Shown here: in pieces, positions 12,901 to 24,665 of the stretch
Numbering within the stretch: position 1 is the stretch's first letter
Layout: every line of letters starts with the position of its first letter
From: Phoronis australis
Lineage: Eukaryota > Animalia > Phoronida
Reading direction: 5' to 3'
Assembly (NCBI GenBank): GCA_002633005.1
Contig: NMRA01000002.1
Span: 1,336,077-1,400,076 of the forward strand
DNA length: 64,000 bases
Position numbers and translations under genes: made by a program
The notes under the pieces: model-generated
What the model saw: the letters and a program-made list of their open reading frames with translations, nothing else
Told to the model about the DNA's origin: nothing
Databases searched by the model: none

Positions 12901-15900
12901 GTGTAAAATTGTTACGAATACCGGATTTAAAGAGCCCAGTCTCACCCAAGCTGACGAGGAGAAGTACGCCAAGAATCTGCAGTGCTCTTGTGATGCTGTA
13001 ACAGGACGGCAGATCTGTCCTGATGGGGCTGAGGGACGACCGATGCCATCTATGAAATTAAACTCCACTGATTTCATCTACGACTTGGGAGGAGAGGACG
13101 TAGAGGACTGGATTGTGAAGTCGCATCAGCAGTTTTTGGAGAAACGGTGAGTGTACAGTGTAGGCTTGTTACAGGCAAATGTCCTTCATGCCCATAGTTG
13201 ACTATAACTGCGTTGAATTACAACTTATGCGTTTTTACTTGGAACGTAGCCACAAAATAAAATTACACTTTTCCGCCATATTCTGCCTTAAGTTGGAAAT
13301 GTTTAACTCTACGTGTTAAGAGGTACCTGTGTTTAACTTATTAGTAGCATCAGAATATGGTCATTTCATTCTCTTCTCAGATATGGTGGTTGGGTTCTGG
13401 AGAAGTCTCCTGAGGAGGAACTAATGATGACAGTCTACTACAACAACAAGGGCCATCACGCCATCACTGCCTTCCTGAATGCTATGAGTAATTCACTGCT
13501 ACGATCGATGATTAACACAAGTGGTGTTGACTCGAACGAGTACGGTATCACTACCTACAACCATCCAATCACATTTGCCTCTGGCATGTTGGACATGGAC
13601 ACACTGTGAGTTTTAAGATTTTCCATTTTGGCAAACTGGAATACTTTGCATTATACTTGCAATTTGATCCTGTGGATGAGTTTTGATTTTTGTTTCGGAC
13701 CTGAGGCCCATTTCTTGGAACTTGTTGTCTCAGTTTTACTGTTGTATTTTTTTCCCTGCAGACAACATATTATCGTTGCATTCAATCGTGAAATTTAAAA
13801 AAAAACTGAGCCGTGAAGTGCTTCTTTTGATCCAGTGTTGTAACCATGTAATGAAGAATTGAATATCACTTAATTGTCTTGCTGTGTGACCAGGTACCAG
13901 CGAGCGGCTGACACAGGTATCTCTGTCACCATATTGTGTGCGTTCTGCTTCATCCCCGCTGGCTTCATCATCTACCTGGTGGCAGAGAGAGTCAAGAAAG
14001 AAAAACACCTGCAGCACTTGGCCGGGGTGGGGCCCATCCTCTACTGGGTGTCCGCCTTCATCTGGGATCTGGTACGTTCTTAATCTTATGCAATGTATTA
14101 TTTTTGTTACTACTGATAGTAAAATTTCTCCAGTTTGGCACAGTGAAAAATTAATCATTTTGCTGAAGGTTGGAGTTTGTACCAAATTTTGGCCATGGTC
14201 AGTACTGGCCGTCCCAAATTCAAGAATTCAACAAATTTATAATGATCTTTCACATACATGCTGCACACTTATGAAAACTGACTTAGTGGATGTTTTCGAT
14301 GATTTTAACAACTGCCAAGTCTATTTTCAATCTTTGTTGATACAAAGCGTGTAGTGTTCATTATTTGAAAAATATTATGAATGCCAAAATCACCCATCAA
14401 GAAATTCAATTTTGCTTTGAATTTCTGTGTCATAAAGTTTAGAGACATCCAAAACTGGAAAGTTGACACCGTCATCTTCAGATACTGCAAATTGATGTAT
14501 GAAGATTGTGTTCATATCTGCGTGTGTATAATATGATCAAATCGTTTAGTTAAACTTTGTATTTTTTGTATTGTACTGTCTTAAATGCTGTAAAAATATT
14601 TGTGCTAAGTATGCTAACTTTTAAGTTGCCATGTGTTTGCAAGCTTTCACATACCTTAAAATGTATGTTTTTTGTTATGCAAAATCAACAAGGAAAAATA
14701 ATTGTTTCATTTTGGATGAATATGTATGTTCATGAATGTCTGGCTCTTTTTATTACAATATCTAGAAGTGCTGTGCCTGTGATGAAATGTTGTGGGCTAC
14801 CACAGACCATCGCTATCGATCACCTTCCTCATGCTAACACTGCTCGTTGGCCCCTCCCCGAGTATTTGTTTTCCATTATGTCATTTGGTTTTTGGTCAAA
14901 TATTGTGTTTATTTCAGTTCTGCTGCCTATGGCCTGTGGCCATCTCGGCTGCCATCATGGCTGGCTTTGGCCTGAGTGTGTACAATGACAGGTTGAACCT
15001 GCCAGCCACCGTGTTACTGCTCTTTCTTTTCTGGTAAGCCAGTGTTTTGTAGTGATAGTCTGGAACTAGGGGAAGCCATTATGTTTATGCATTGTCTTTG
15101 ATCATACACAACGTCTTATTTGGTAATAGTTGACAGTGTTAGGATCAGCTAAGTATGGTGTAGAAATCTTTGTGTTTGACTGACAAGAACATTATTGGCT
15201 GAAACTTTATGAACAAGGACAGTGTTTATCATTGACTTTGTGAACAAGGACAGTGTTTATCATTGACTTTGTGAACAAGGACAGTGTTTATCATTGACTT
15301 TGTGAACAAGGACAGTGTTTATCACTGACTTTGTGAACAAGGACAGTGTTTATCATTGACTTTGTGAACAAGGACAGTGTTTATCATTGACTTTGTGAAC
15401 AAGGACAGTGTTTATCATTGACTTTGTCTGCTATGTAAGGTTATGTAGGACATTATCTATGTATTTAGCAAAATATCTAGAAAACTATCAAAAACGAATA
15501 ATCTCCGCACAAATGAAAGAGTTCTTCTTGATTCGACGTTTCGTCTATTCATTAGACATAATCAGGTTATGAACAACAAGACATCAAGTGTCAATATACC
15601 TGTCAAATGAGTGAGTAAAACGCCAACTCAATACGAACTTTTTCATTTGTGCGGCGATTGTCCGTTTTTTTCCTACTGTGGCCAAAGAGGGATGTAATTA
15701 GAAAACTATAAATTTTCACTCAGTAAATGTACATTTTGAAAGTAAAAAGTTTGTAGAATTTGATTAATACCAATTTGCTATTAATTTGGTCAAGTGACCT
15801 TGTACTTTTAGTAAAAAGTTGCAAAACAGAAACTAAAGGAACATCCACAGCAAGACTACTGTGTCTGTAACATGACCAAATTTTGTTCGTTATAAATGTT

Positions 15901-18900
15901 CAAGATGAAATCTCAAATACACTGTTACAGTTTTCTTAAATGAGGATTTTGTTTTCGACCTGTGCAATTTTTTAGTTTTTTCATAAAGGTCCTGTCTTTG
16001 ATAGCCTTTCATGTCAAAGTGGAAAATTCTTAAGAAAATTCCTGACAGAGGTTTGGAGAACAATGCATAAATCATTGTGTGTGAAAGTTTCATATGAATC
16101 CGATCATCGATTTCTGAGATTTGATGCTCTGAAGTTCGCCATGTTTGGCCATTTTTGAAGGCTCTAACATAACCTGAACACCTAAAAGATGGACGCTCCA
16201 TGTCTGTAAGTCAGTGATGTAAGAACGTATATAGAAATCAGGATTGACCATTTCCAAATGTCAGTAAAATATGTGTTCACAGAAATAAATGGAAACAAGC
16301 CAACCAGGCACATAATGTAGTTGCTATCTTGTTCACACTAGATATGTTGTCCTTTTCTCGGTTAGCGTAACTGAGTCAAATCTGTTGTCTGCCATGTCGG
16401 CATGGCTCTGGTTTGTGAGAAAAGTTTCTCATTTATCAGCTAGATGTCAGTAGTAGTCACTGATGTCTCCTAAATAGTTGCCATTTACAAAATTAAAGTT
16501 TTATATAGTTATCAACGGTGCAGTACATGTGGCTTGCTGCATTGTGTTCCATTGTATTCCATCGTATTCCATTGTATTGCAGCTGGGCCACCATCCCCTT
16601 CTGTTACTTGATTTCCCGTATGTTTGAGAACACATCCACGGCATACATGATGGCATTCTGCATCAACTTTTTCCTGGGTCTCAACACCACCACCACCATG
16701 TTCTTGCTCAGGTTCTTCACCCAAAAACCGGTAAGAAAATAGAGGCTGAATAGCTGTGTTGTGTGGCCCAATGGTGTTGGCTGAATGTGTCTGCAGACAT
16801 TCTTTATACAGAACACAGTGGTGTACAGTTTGAATTATCTGCTTATTTGAAATGAAAACTTTTACATGTTAGGAACACCAGTTTCTGTTTGTCGATACAA
16901 GCTCTCTCTACTCCGTCTTGAATTGTTTGCAGCTTGTACCTGAGCAAACAGTCATTTATAAACCTCAAGAAGCTGTCATTAAGTTCCTAAAGATGAAATT
17001 TAGGGAAATGTTTAATGTCAGAGTGCACAAAAAAGCAATTTAATCATATGAGCATATACTTATCTCAACCCCTCTCTGACTGATCCATATATGTAATCCT
17101 TTCTCCCTACAGATGGTAGCACTGGTCTACAACCATCTTCAGTACATCCTTCTAGTGTTCCCTCAGTATGCACTAGGGGGCGGGCTCATCCAACTGGCCA
17201 CCAATCAGCTGGAGACAGAGATGTTCTCCCGCTTCAATTTGGACAAGTACAGGGACCCATTCAGCATGCGTATGTTACTGCCCAACTATATAGCATTGTG
17301 TGTGAGCGGGGTGGTCTTCTTTGTGCTTACCCTCCTACTGGAGATGCATTGTCAGTGCAGGTAACGTCTCGCTACTTGTTGTATCTCGGTGTCTTGACTG
17401 TTACTGCTTATTATTATATTAAATATATAGAGAATCATACATGAGTCTCGGGTTCATGACATGGGCATAACTAGCTCAAAATCCCAAGGCTTCACAGAAT
17501 TCTGGCATTGTTTGGTTGTTGGTATTAGTGTTTTGCAGACGATAAAATGTAAGGCGTATGGATTTCTGCTTTGCACTACTTTATGATTTGCCTGTGTAAT
17601 GTCAAAAAAATTACGTACTCTATGTTCTCATCAGTCATATCGTAACGCATTCTAGTTCATGTGAGAAATATGTGTGCGTGTGTATGAATATGTAATACAA
17701 TAAATATGTATATCTATTATATGTATGTGTACATGTATACATGTAATGTAGTCTTGCTTTACTTGGGTAGCACATTTTCCATTATGCAAAACTTGTTAAG
17801 GACACAACACTTTTCGCTGTTGAAAATTTTTATTCCATTCCGTCGGTATCCTCGGAACAAAGTTGGACATTGAACAGAACATTGCTAAAATAATTGATCA
17901 AGATAGTCAACGACGACAAGGGTTGTGTCTAACAAGTTTTGCATAAATATATCCAAGAACATATTTTCACCACCATGTTTGTTCATTTGTGCAGTTTGTG
18001 TGCTAGTTGCATCAACATACCAATAGAGGGCGTGCGTTGCACACAAATAGTCGCACACAAATAGTAGTTAGACATCCTCGATAAAGAAGGGCCTCTTTGT
18101 GATTGGGGTAGTTTTTGACTTGTGTTTGTGTTCTCTCCGTCAGGTCGCAGGTGTACAGTGACAATAAGTATGCTGAGGACGAGGACGTAACGATGGAGCG
18201 CAAGCGTGTTGCCCACAGCCGTTCTGGCGAGGACACGCTCACCATCTCTGAATTGACAAAGGTGTACCGCAGTGGTTTGAGGAAGGTGCTCGCTGTAGAT
18301 AACATTACATTTGGCGTGTCCAAGGGCGAGTGTTTTGGTCTGCTTGGTGTTAACGGTGCCGGCAAGACAACTACTTTCAAGATGTTGACCAGCGATATAT
18401 CGGCCAGTGGTGGCAACGCTCAGCTAATGGGCAAGAAGTATGCAGCTTTGTCTCATCAAAATGTTTGCTTATTGTTTCACTTAAGTCACACACATTGATA
18501 TGGTCGAGTCAGTAACTTAAATGAAGCTAAATCAGATGCAGTCACTGAACTCCTCATGGTCAGTAGTATAATTTTGTAAGATCAGGAGTGCTGCTGATGC
18601 ACTGTAGCTAAAAACCCTCTAAAACATACTCCAGACATTTACAAAAACAAATTAGCGTTGTTAATAGTTAATATTCCCTTAGCTACTTTGAATTTAAGCA
18701 TAACATTAATTTTCACAGTGGCCTAACGAGCATTAAATAAATTTTTACATTGTGTGCAAGATGAAAAGTGTATGAAGTGCAATGCAAGCGATAAAACAAC
18801 CAAATGCTGGTGAATCTCAACAACATAGTTTGGCGTGGTTAATAAAATTCTGTACATTTAGACAAGTTGTGATCATGGTATCTGCCTCTTTTCACTTCAA

Positions 18901-21900
18901 TCACGTACTTAGTGATAGGTAACAAATTATGTTTTTCTTTCAGTATCTTGTCAGCTCCGTCCAACATGGGTTCTGTGGTCGGCTACTGCCCTCAAGTAGA
19001 TGCATTGGACGATTTTCTGACTGGCAAAGAAGTGTTGACAATCTACGCCAAGATGAAGGGCATCACTGGGAAGGACATAGACGTGGTAGGTGTATGGTCT
19101 GATAGTGTTGGCTGGAGAAAGGATTGTTGATTATCATGGTAAACTAGTACTAAATGTCAAGAATGACATTTTCTATCATCAGTTCCAGACTTAAGTGTTA
19201 TGAATTCTCCGAAGTTGACCTTGAAATCTGACTTTTGTGAGTCTTGTGCCGCTGCTGAGACCTGGTTCACAATCAGCTCTGTTCTGGTTTGTTCAGCAAC
19301 TCCAATACTTATCATGGTCACAATGGCCGTAGACTACTTATCTTTTCTGATTTCTTTGACACGCCTGCTTCTCATGGTCAAAATGATCGTAGACTTCTTG
19401 TCGCCTGTGACTTCAATATCCCTGCTTCTCATGGTCAGAATGACCGTAGACTACTCGTCGTCTGTTACTTCAATATCCCTGCTTCTCATGGTCAGAATGA
19501 TCGTAGACTACTCGTCGTCTGTTACTTCAATATCCCTGCTTCTCATGGTGAGCAACTGCAAGCACCCAGTTGTGACCATCTTGTATTTTGCTGTTGAACT
19601 AAGCTTTTACATGATTATTGTAATGTATTTTCTCATTATGTTTGTCAGATTGTTTCCAATGCTTTATCCATGATGGAGCTGAGTCATTGTGCCAACAAAA
19701 TGACCAAAAACTACAGCGGTGGCATGAAGAGAAAGTTGTCGGCAGCCATGGCGTTGATTGGAGACCCACTCATCGTGTTCATGGTACGTAAGCTTACATG
19801 TGAGCAGATTGTGACTAGCACAGTCTTATATTCCACTCCCATTATTTTGTTCATTGCAAAAACGCTGTTTTGTTGTATTGACTGGTCTCAAGACAAGGCA
19901 TGTGAATATCGCCTGTAATGACTTTATACAGTAATTGTATGCCGAGTCTTGTTTTCTTTGTGCAGGATGAACCTACCAGTGGTATGGACCCTGTGTCGCG
20001 TCGGCTACTATGGAAACACGTGCAGAACGTCATCAAGGATGGTCGGTCAGTGATCCTGACATCACACAGCATGTCTGAGTGTGACGCCCTCTGTACACGG
20101 CTGGCTATTATGGTGAACGGACAGTTCAAGTGTCTGGGTAACCCCCAGCACATCAAGAGCAAGTGAGTCTACTCAGATGGGTAGAATTATGCACACTGCA
20201 CTTCTTTATTACTTGTGTTGGTTCTCGAGAATATGTCTGACAGTAAAGATTCGTAACCATTGGCCAGCTTTTCTTCATCCTACTAGTATTGGTGCTGACA
20301 AAAACCATCTGCTAATGTGTCCGCTAGTCCACGCAGGCATCTCTACTGCTATCTGGGTTGGAAAGGTTACTTTCGGATCGGTATGACTGAGGATGACTCG
20401 GCTTTTTTACTCTGTAGAGATGTCACTCCAGTCTGCCAAACTCAATCTCTAAAGTTGCTATGATACTGCGTCCCGTCAAAGATGTAAATGTTTATTTAGA
20501 CTACTTTTTGCTTTAAAATTGGTCTCTGTTTGTTCCTGACTCCAATGTTTCTCACCATAGATACGGCGAGGGATACACAGTGCAAGTCAGGGCTGCAGCT
20601 CATGCTATGGACGATGTTAAAACCTTTGTACTGAACACCTTCCCAGGGGCGCTTATCAAGGTATGCCATACACCTTTAGCTGTTAGTAGACACACTCTGC
20701 AATGCTAATTGAAATGCCCTGTTTATGAAGAGTTGAGGAGTTGCCTTACTGTGGGTGGGAGGTCTTGAAGTGCTTGTGTTAGAAACTGTTGTCAAATAAT
20801 GCGTATAAGAAATTTTAGTTGACTGGTGGTGTTTGTCTTGTGGTTCACTGGCTTTATTGTTCTTTCATGATATGTTTGCATTGCCAATTATATTTCTCCT
20901 AAAACGATGAATTTCGCTGTACACTAGTTTTGAATACAAGATATTTTGGTACAGTATTGAAGAATCCTCTTATCTGAACTCTCCAATAGTTGAGATTGTC
21001 TGTAGGCATTTTTGTCATTTGATCTTGTCCGTTTCAGGAACAGCAATATAATATCATGGAGTTCCACACATCCTACAGCACGACTAGTCTGTCAGCCATC
21101 TTTGGGCACCTGGAGAGCCACAAGAAACCCTTGCAAATCCTTGACTATTCTGTTGCCCAGACAACATTGGACCAGGTATGAACTGCTTTGTATGATAGTG
21201 GGTCATGTGAAAATCAGTGTGATACATATTCATTTAACAGTCTTGTTGGAACTAAAGCATGCGACGCCAATTGACATAAAGGTTTAGGGTATGAAAAGTG
21301 CCGAAACTGCCTTCATTTTCTTAAGCAAAATTTATTATATGTCACATAAGTCTGAAAGAAATCTCTGCCCCGCCTAGTGTTCAAACCTGGGACTTTCTGT
21401 TATAAAATTATGGTCTCGTGACGTGAACAACAGATGCCGTGTATGAAGACTAATAATCTTTGCTTTAACGATATCATTGCACAGACGATTATATGCTTTC
21501 ATCTTAGTGATTTTTGCATAATATTAAAATAATTTGACTTCATCTCGGCTGTTGAACTGTAAGTCCCCTTATTCTCTCATAGTTCCTTGCATCCCAGGAT
21601 GTTTTCTGTGCAATTAATGTACATGTGTATGGAGAGTGGGACACTTTGGTGTGCACTGCTTGAGATTGCAGCTGTTAGGAAAAAAATCGTCATTGAGTGC
21701 AGTGACATCATTGTGCGAATGTCTCACCACTTTCCAGTACATGCTGAGTTAGGAGTATCATTTCACTGCAGGTGTTTGTCAACTTCGCCAATCACCAGTC
21801 AGATGGCACAATGGGTGGCAATAGCGCACCATCTTCATGTGAGAGCACACCCAAGGCTGAACACCAGTCCAAGTCGAACCAATCCCAGTATGCGTCCAAC

Positions 21901-21996
21901 CTGACTTATGGCACGCTCGAACATGACCTGCCATTGAACGTGCGCAACGGAAAAGACACAAAGGTTGCAGAAGAAACGGAAGACACATACTTCTAA
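923..21996 (+). CDS. ABCA1: ABC transporter subfamily A (ABCA1-like), 3' half: end of NBD1, R1, TMD2/ECD2, NBD2, R2; 5' part lies upstream of the window
   Basis: Exons with AG/GT ends and matching phases: 923-1203, 1786-1862, 4430-4535, 9942-10156, 10461-10563, 11401-11671, 12291-12404, 12883-13146, 13381-13605, 13894-14071, 14918-15033, 16583-16730, 17113-17360, 18144-18437, 18944-19085, 19649-19783, 19966-20162, 20561-20660, 21038-21175, 21772-21996 (about 1191 codons + TAA). NBD1: [30 protein letters not shown]2: [42 protein letters not shown]2: CSC...[20 protein letters not shown]-terminal VFVNFA. The family call is firm; exact orthology (ABCA1/4/7 clade) is inferred. Confidence 0.95.
5743..6258. 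mobile_element. hAT-like non-autonomous DNA transposon (MITE), long copy
   Basis: TIRs CAGGGCTTGGAAT / ATTCCAAGCCCTG; 6-bp TSD TGTACT on both sides; homologous to 11700-11961. Confidence 0.85.
8467..8640. repeat. 42-bp minisatellite, 4 copies
   Basis: AATTTGGTTGGCACCTCGCTGCCATGACTGGGACTTCCACCT at 8467, 8509, 8551, 8593. Confidence 0.95.
11700..11961. mobile_element. hAT-like MITE, internally deleted copy of the same family
   Basis: CAGGGCTTGGAAT ... ATTCCAAACCCTG; 6-bp TSD TTGTAT; lacks about 250 bp of the middle of the 5743 copy. Confidence 0.85.
15204..15427. repeat. 31-bp minisatellite, 7 copies
   Basis: ACTTTGTGAACAAGGACAGTGTTTATCATTG, near-perfect copies. Confidence 0.97.
15490..15670. 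mobile_element. Inverted pair of ~70-bp Penelope-LTR-like fragments, one with a degenerate hammerhead core
   Basis: Arms AAAAACGAATAATCTCCGCACAAATGAAAGAGTTC... / ...GAACTTTTTCATTTGTGCGGCGATTGTCCGTTTTT; the minus strand reads CTGATTA-T-GTCTA-atgaa-TAGAC-GAAACGTC. Confidence 0.45.
19312..19549. repeat. 57-bp minisatellite, ~4 copies
   Basis: TCATGGTCAGAATGACCGTAGACTACTCGTCGTCTGTTACTTCAATATCCCTGCTTC; this explains the repetitive ORFs at 19200 and 19289. Confidence 0.92.
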
Positions 21997-22896
21997 TAAT
22001 GACATAGCTGTGGATGACAGCACTCGCTTTGTTACTATTGATCAGCTGATTATATTACAATACTTGTTCAGTGATCTATTCAAATATATGCATTTATCGT
22101 TTACCTCATTGTGCGACAATTTAGGTGTTGTCTTACAGGGGAGGAGTGTTCAAGCATTTCCTCATTTGATCTGCCTAACGTTTGTGGCATGAATTGTTCA
22201 TTTTTTATAGTTATGTTGGTGTTAAATGAAAATAACATTATGATTCATAATTTGTTATCAATTTTTTTAATTCATATTTTGATGTTTTTGTGTATTTTAA
22301 TGTAGAGTACTTATTATAACTGGAAAAGGATTGATATTGACATTTACTGCTGCACAAATGTCTTGCTAGAAAATACTTAAGACTGTATTTAATGGTCAAA
22401 GTTGCTAGTTATTGTTAGCAAGTAAGGTAATTAAAAATTGACCAATACTTCAACTTTTATCAGAGTGTGTTTGTTAGTAATCACCACTAATGGCCATGAG
22501 TAATTAATATTTTCATTATATTTTCATTGTGCTCAACTTANGGGGGGCATGGCCCCCTTGGCCCCCTGTAAATCTGCTTCTGTAAGTGGCAAGTTTTCAC
22601 AAATATGTACTGCAATGTAATTTCAGTTTGACTGATTTTCTTATGTTGATTGATACCTTGGTAGAAACCATGTGATAAATGGTTTGCAATGAGCAGGACA
22701 CATTCAAAGCCACAGTGATTGAAAACAATTGTATGTTTATGATCGAGTTGCATATTTTCATTAGAATTTTCTTTAGACATTTTTTACATTGATTTTTCAC
22801 TAACCCTAGATTGTCTGTGGATAGGTAAGGGAATTGGAGAGTTCTATTGTCTTGTGATATGGCAACTTTCAATGCAACATGTTATCTGAGAATTAA

Positions 22897-22902
22897 AATA
22901 AA
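22897..22902 (+). promoter_or_regulatory. Candidate polyadenylation signal of the ABCA gene
   Basis: AATAAA about 900 nt after the ABCA stop, followed by a T-rich tract (tattttaggtttcatttcgccttttc). Confidence 0.4.
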
Positions 22903-23391
22903 TATTTTAGGTTTCATTTCGCCTTTTCCTGGCATCATAGTAATGCCTATAATTTAAAGGTTTGGACTTAGACTTGTATAAACTTTATAAATGATAAGTT
23001 CTTACTACTTGAAATGAGATTGAAATTGCATACCACCAACTCCCAGTTCTTGCAATCACTGCAGTACGCTAACTTATCATACAAGCCGACATCAGACACA
23101 GACTATGCTAGAGACATTCCCGTCCAAGTCGTTATGATGAGTGCTTTTTAGCCAACACATTTGGCAATTAAAAACTGGAAATAGCCAGATTCTAACAACT
23201 GTGGCCCCAAGTGCCACAAACACGCATCATTTAATATGTTCTCAGTTGATGTGAATCTATTTGGTTGTGAAATGAAGAAGGGATTGCTTGTGATCTGTGG
23301 GGTTGGTGTGAGGAGACTTGTTTATCATGTGACTTCTAAAAATTATAATTTAAGGATGTTTAATCTTAGACCTATTACAATTTTTTGTCAA

Positions 23392-24665
23392 AACAAGAGC
23401 AACACAGAACTTTGAAATGTGCCCACGACAGCTCCACAAACGATGTGCTTCTATGGGTGCTTTTAGTATCATAACAATGGCCATTAGATGGCGCAGAATG
23501 CAGCAAACTGGTCTAAACTGAGGTGGTACTATCTCTGTAATGCACAACTATTTGCCAAATTTCATGAAAATAAGCCAATGAACTCCAAAGACATAGAGGT
23601 AAATGTAGAACATTGACAGTACAGGATACAGCTATAGCCCGATTGATCTAAAACTTGTCTTTCATCTTTTCAGGAGCCCATCTGTCAAATTTCGCAAAGG
23701 TACTTCAAAGCATTAAGGAGATATAGTCAAGGACGAAAAAATGCCCCTAAGGGGTGTCACCCTAGTGTAAAACATCGAAAATCAATGTCAGCCGGGGTCT
23801 TTGAATCAGAAACGCAACCGTCAATTTGCGTAATGATCCCTTGAATGGTGTGAGGATTGAGAGACGGATGTCAAAAACGTAAAAATTTTTAAATGGCCAT
23901 CACATAGTGCAGAAAACATCAAGTCTGTCTGAAAATGGGATGGCGTTGTCTCTCTAATATACACCTATTTGCCGAAATTCATGAAAACTGAGGATACAAA
24001 GACAAAGTAAACAGAATTTTACCACTAGAGGGCATAGTGGTATTTATGTCAGTTCAAATTTCGTTACCGTATGTCGCCGGCTCCAAAGGACTACATCTTT
24101 TATATTTTACAAAGCTCCTTTAAAGAGTTGAGGAGATTCAGCCAGCTGCAGACCCGATGTAGAAAAAAACAAAATCGTCACTAAGGGGCGAAAGCAGTCA
24201 GACCCATCCGAAAGTCAACATCAGTCGTGAACTCATCAGGAACAAATCTGTAAATTTCCATAATGATCCTTTGAGCGGTATAGCAGATAATGAGGCAGAC
24301 GCCAGAAAATAGACACAAAAGTAACAAAAATGGCCACAAGGTGGCATAAAATCTGTCGAATTCGTCTAAAAATGGAATGGCATTGCCTTATTTTAATAAA
24401 ACCTATTTGATGAAATTCGCAAAAATCTATCACGAAACTTCGAAGATACAGAGGCAAACGCAAAAAACTGAAATTACCACTACGGAACACAGGGGTATTA
24501 GGACCAGTCCGTAACTAGTCAACATCCGTTATGAGCATCGTAGGAACACACCTGCCAAATCTTATTGTGATCCTGCAAGAGGTTTATTATATACAGCAGC
24601 CGACAACGGATGCCCAGACAGAGATGACGCCAATATGCACCCATAAATATGTAGGAGCATAAAAA
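23392..24665 (-). mobile_element. Older copy of the same HINE-like family between the ABCA and TLC 3' ends
   Basis: Same left end (AACAAGAGCAA...TTGAAATGTGCCCACG), similar right end (CCCATAAATATGTAGGAGCATAAAAA) and ~420-430-bp internal units. Confidence 0.65.

Noticed and set aside
18012-18416. Long antisense ORFs over ABCA exons (also 972-1316, 13736-14185, 19851-20162)
   Set aside because: Shadow frames of real coding exons
19200-19673. 157-aa and 102-aa repetitive ORFs
   Set aside because: By-products of a 57-bp (multiple of 3) intronic minisatellite
21350-21400. tRNA or SINE-like B-box on the minus strand (GGTTTGAACAC)
   Set aside because: No cloverleaf or A-box; at most a decayed SINE fragment
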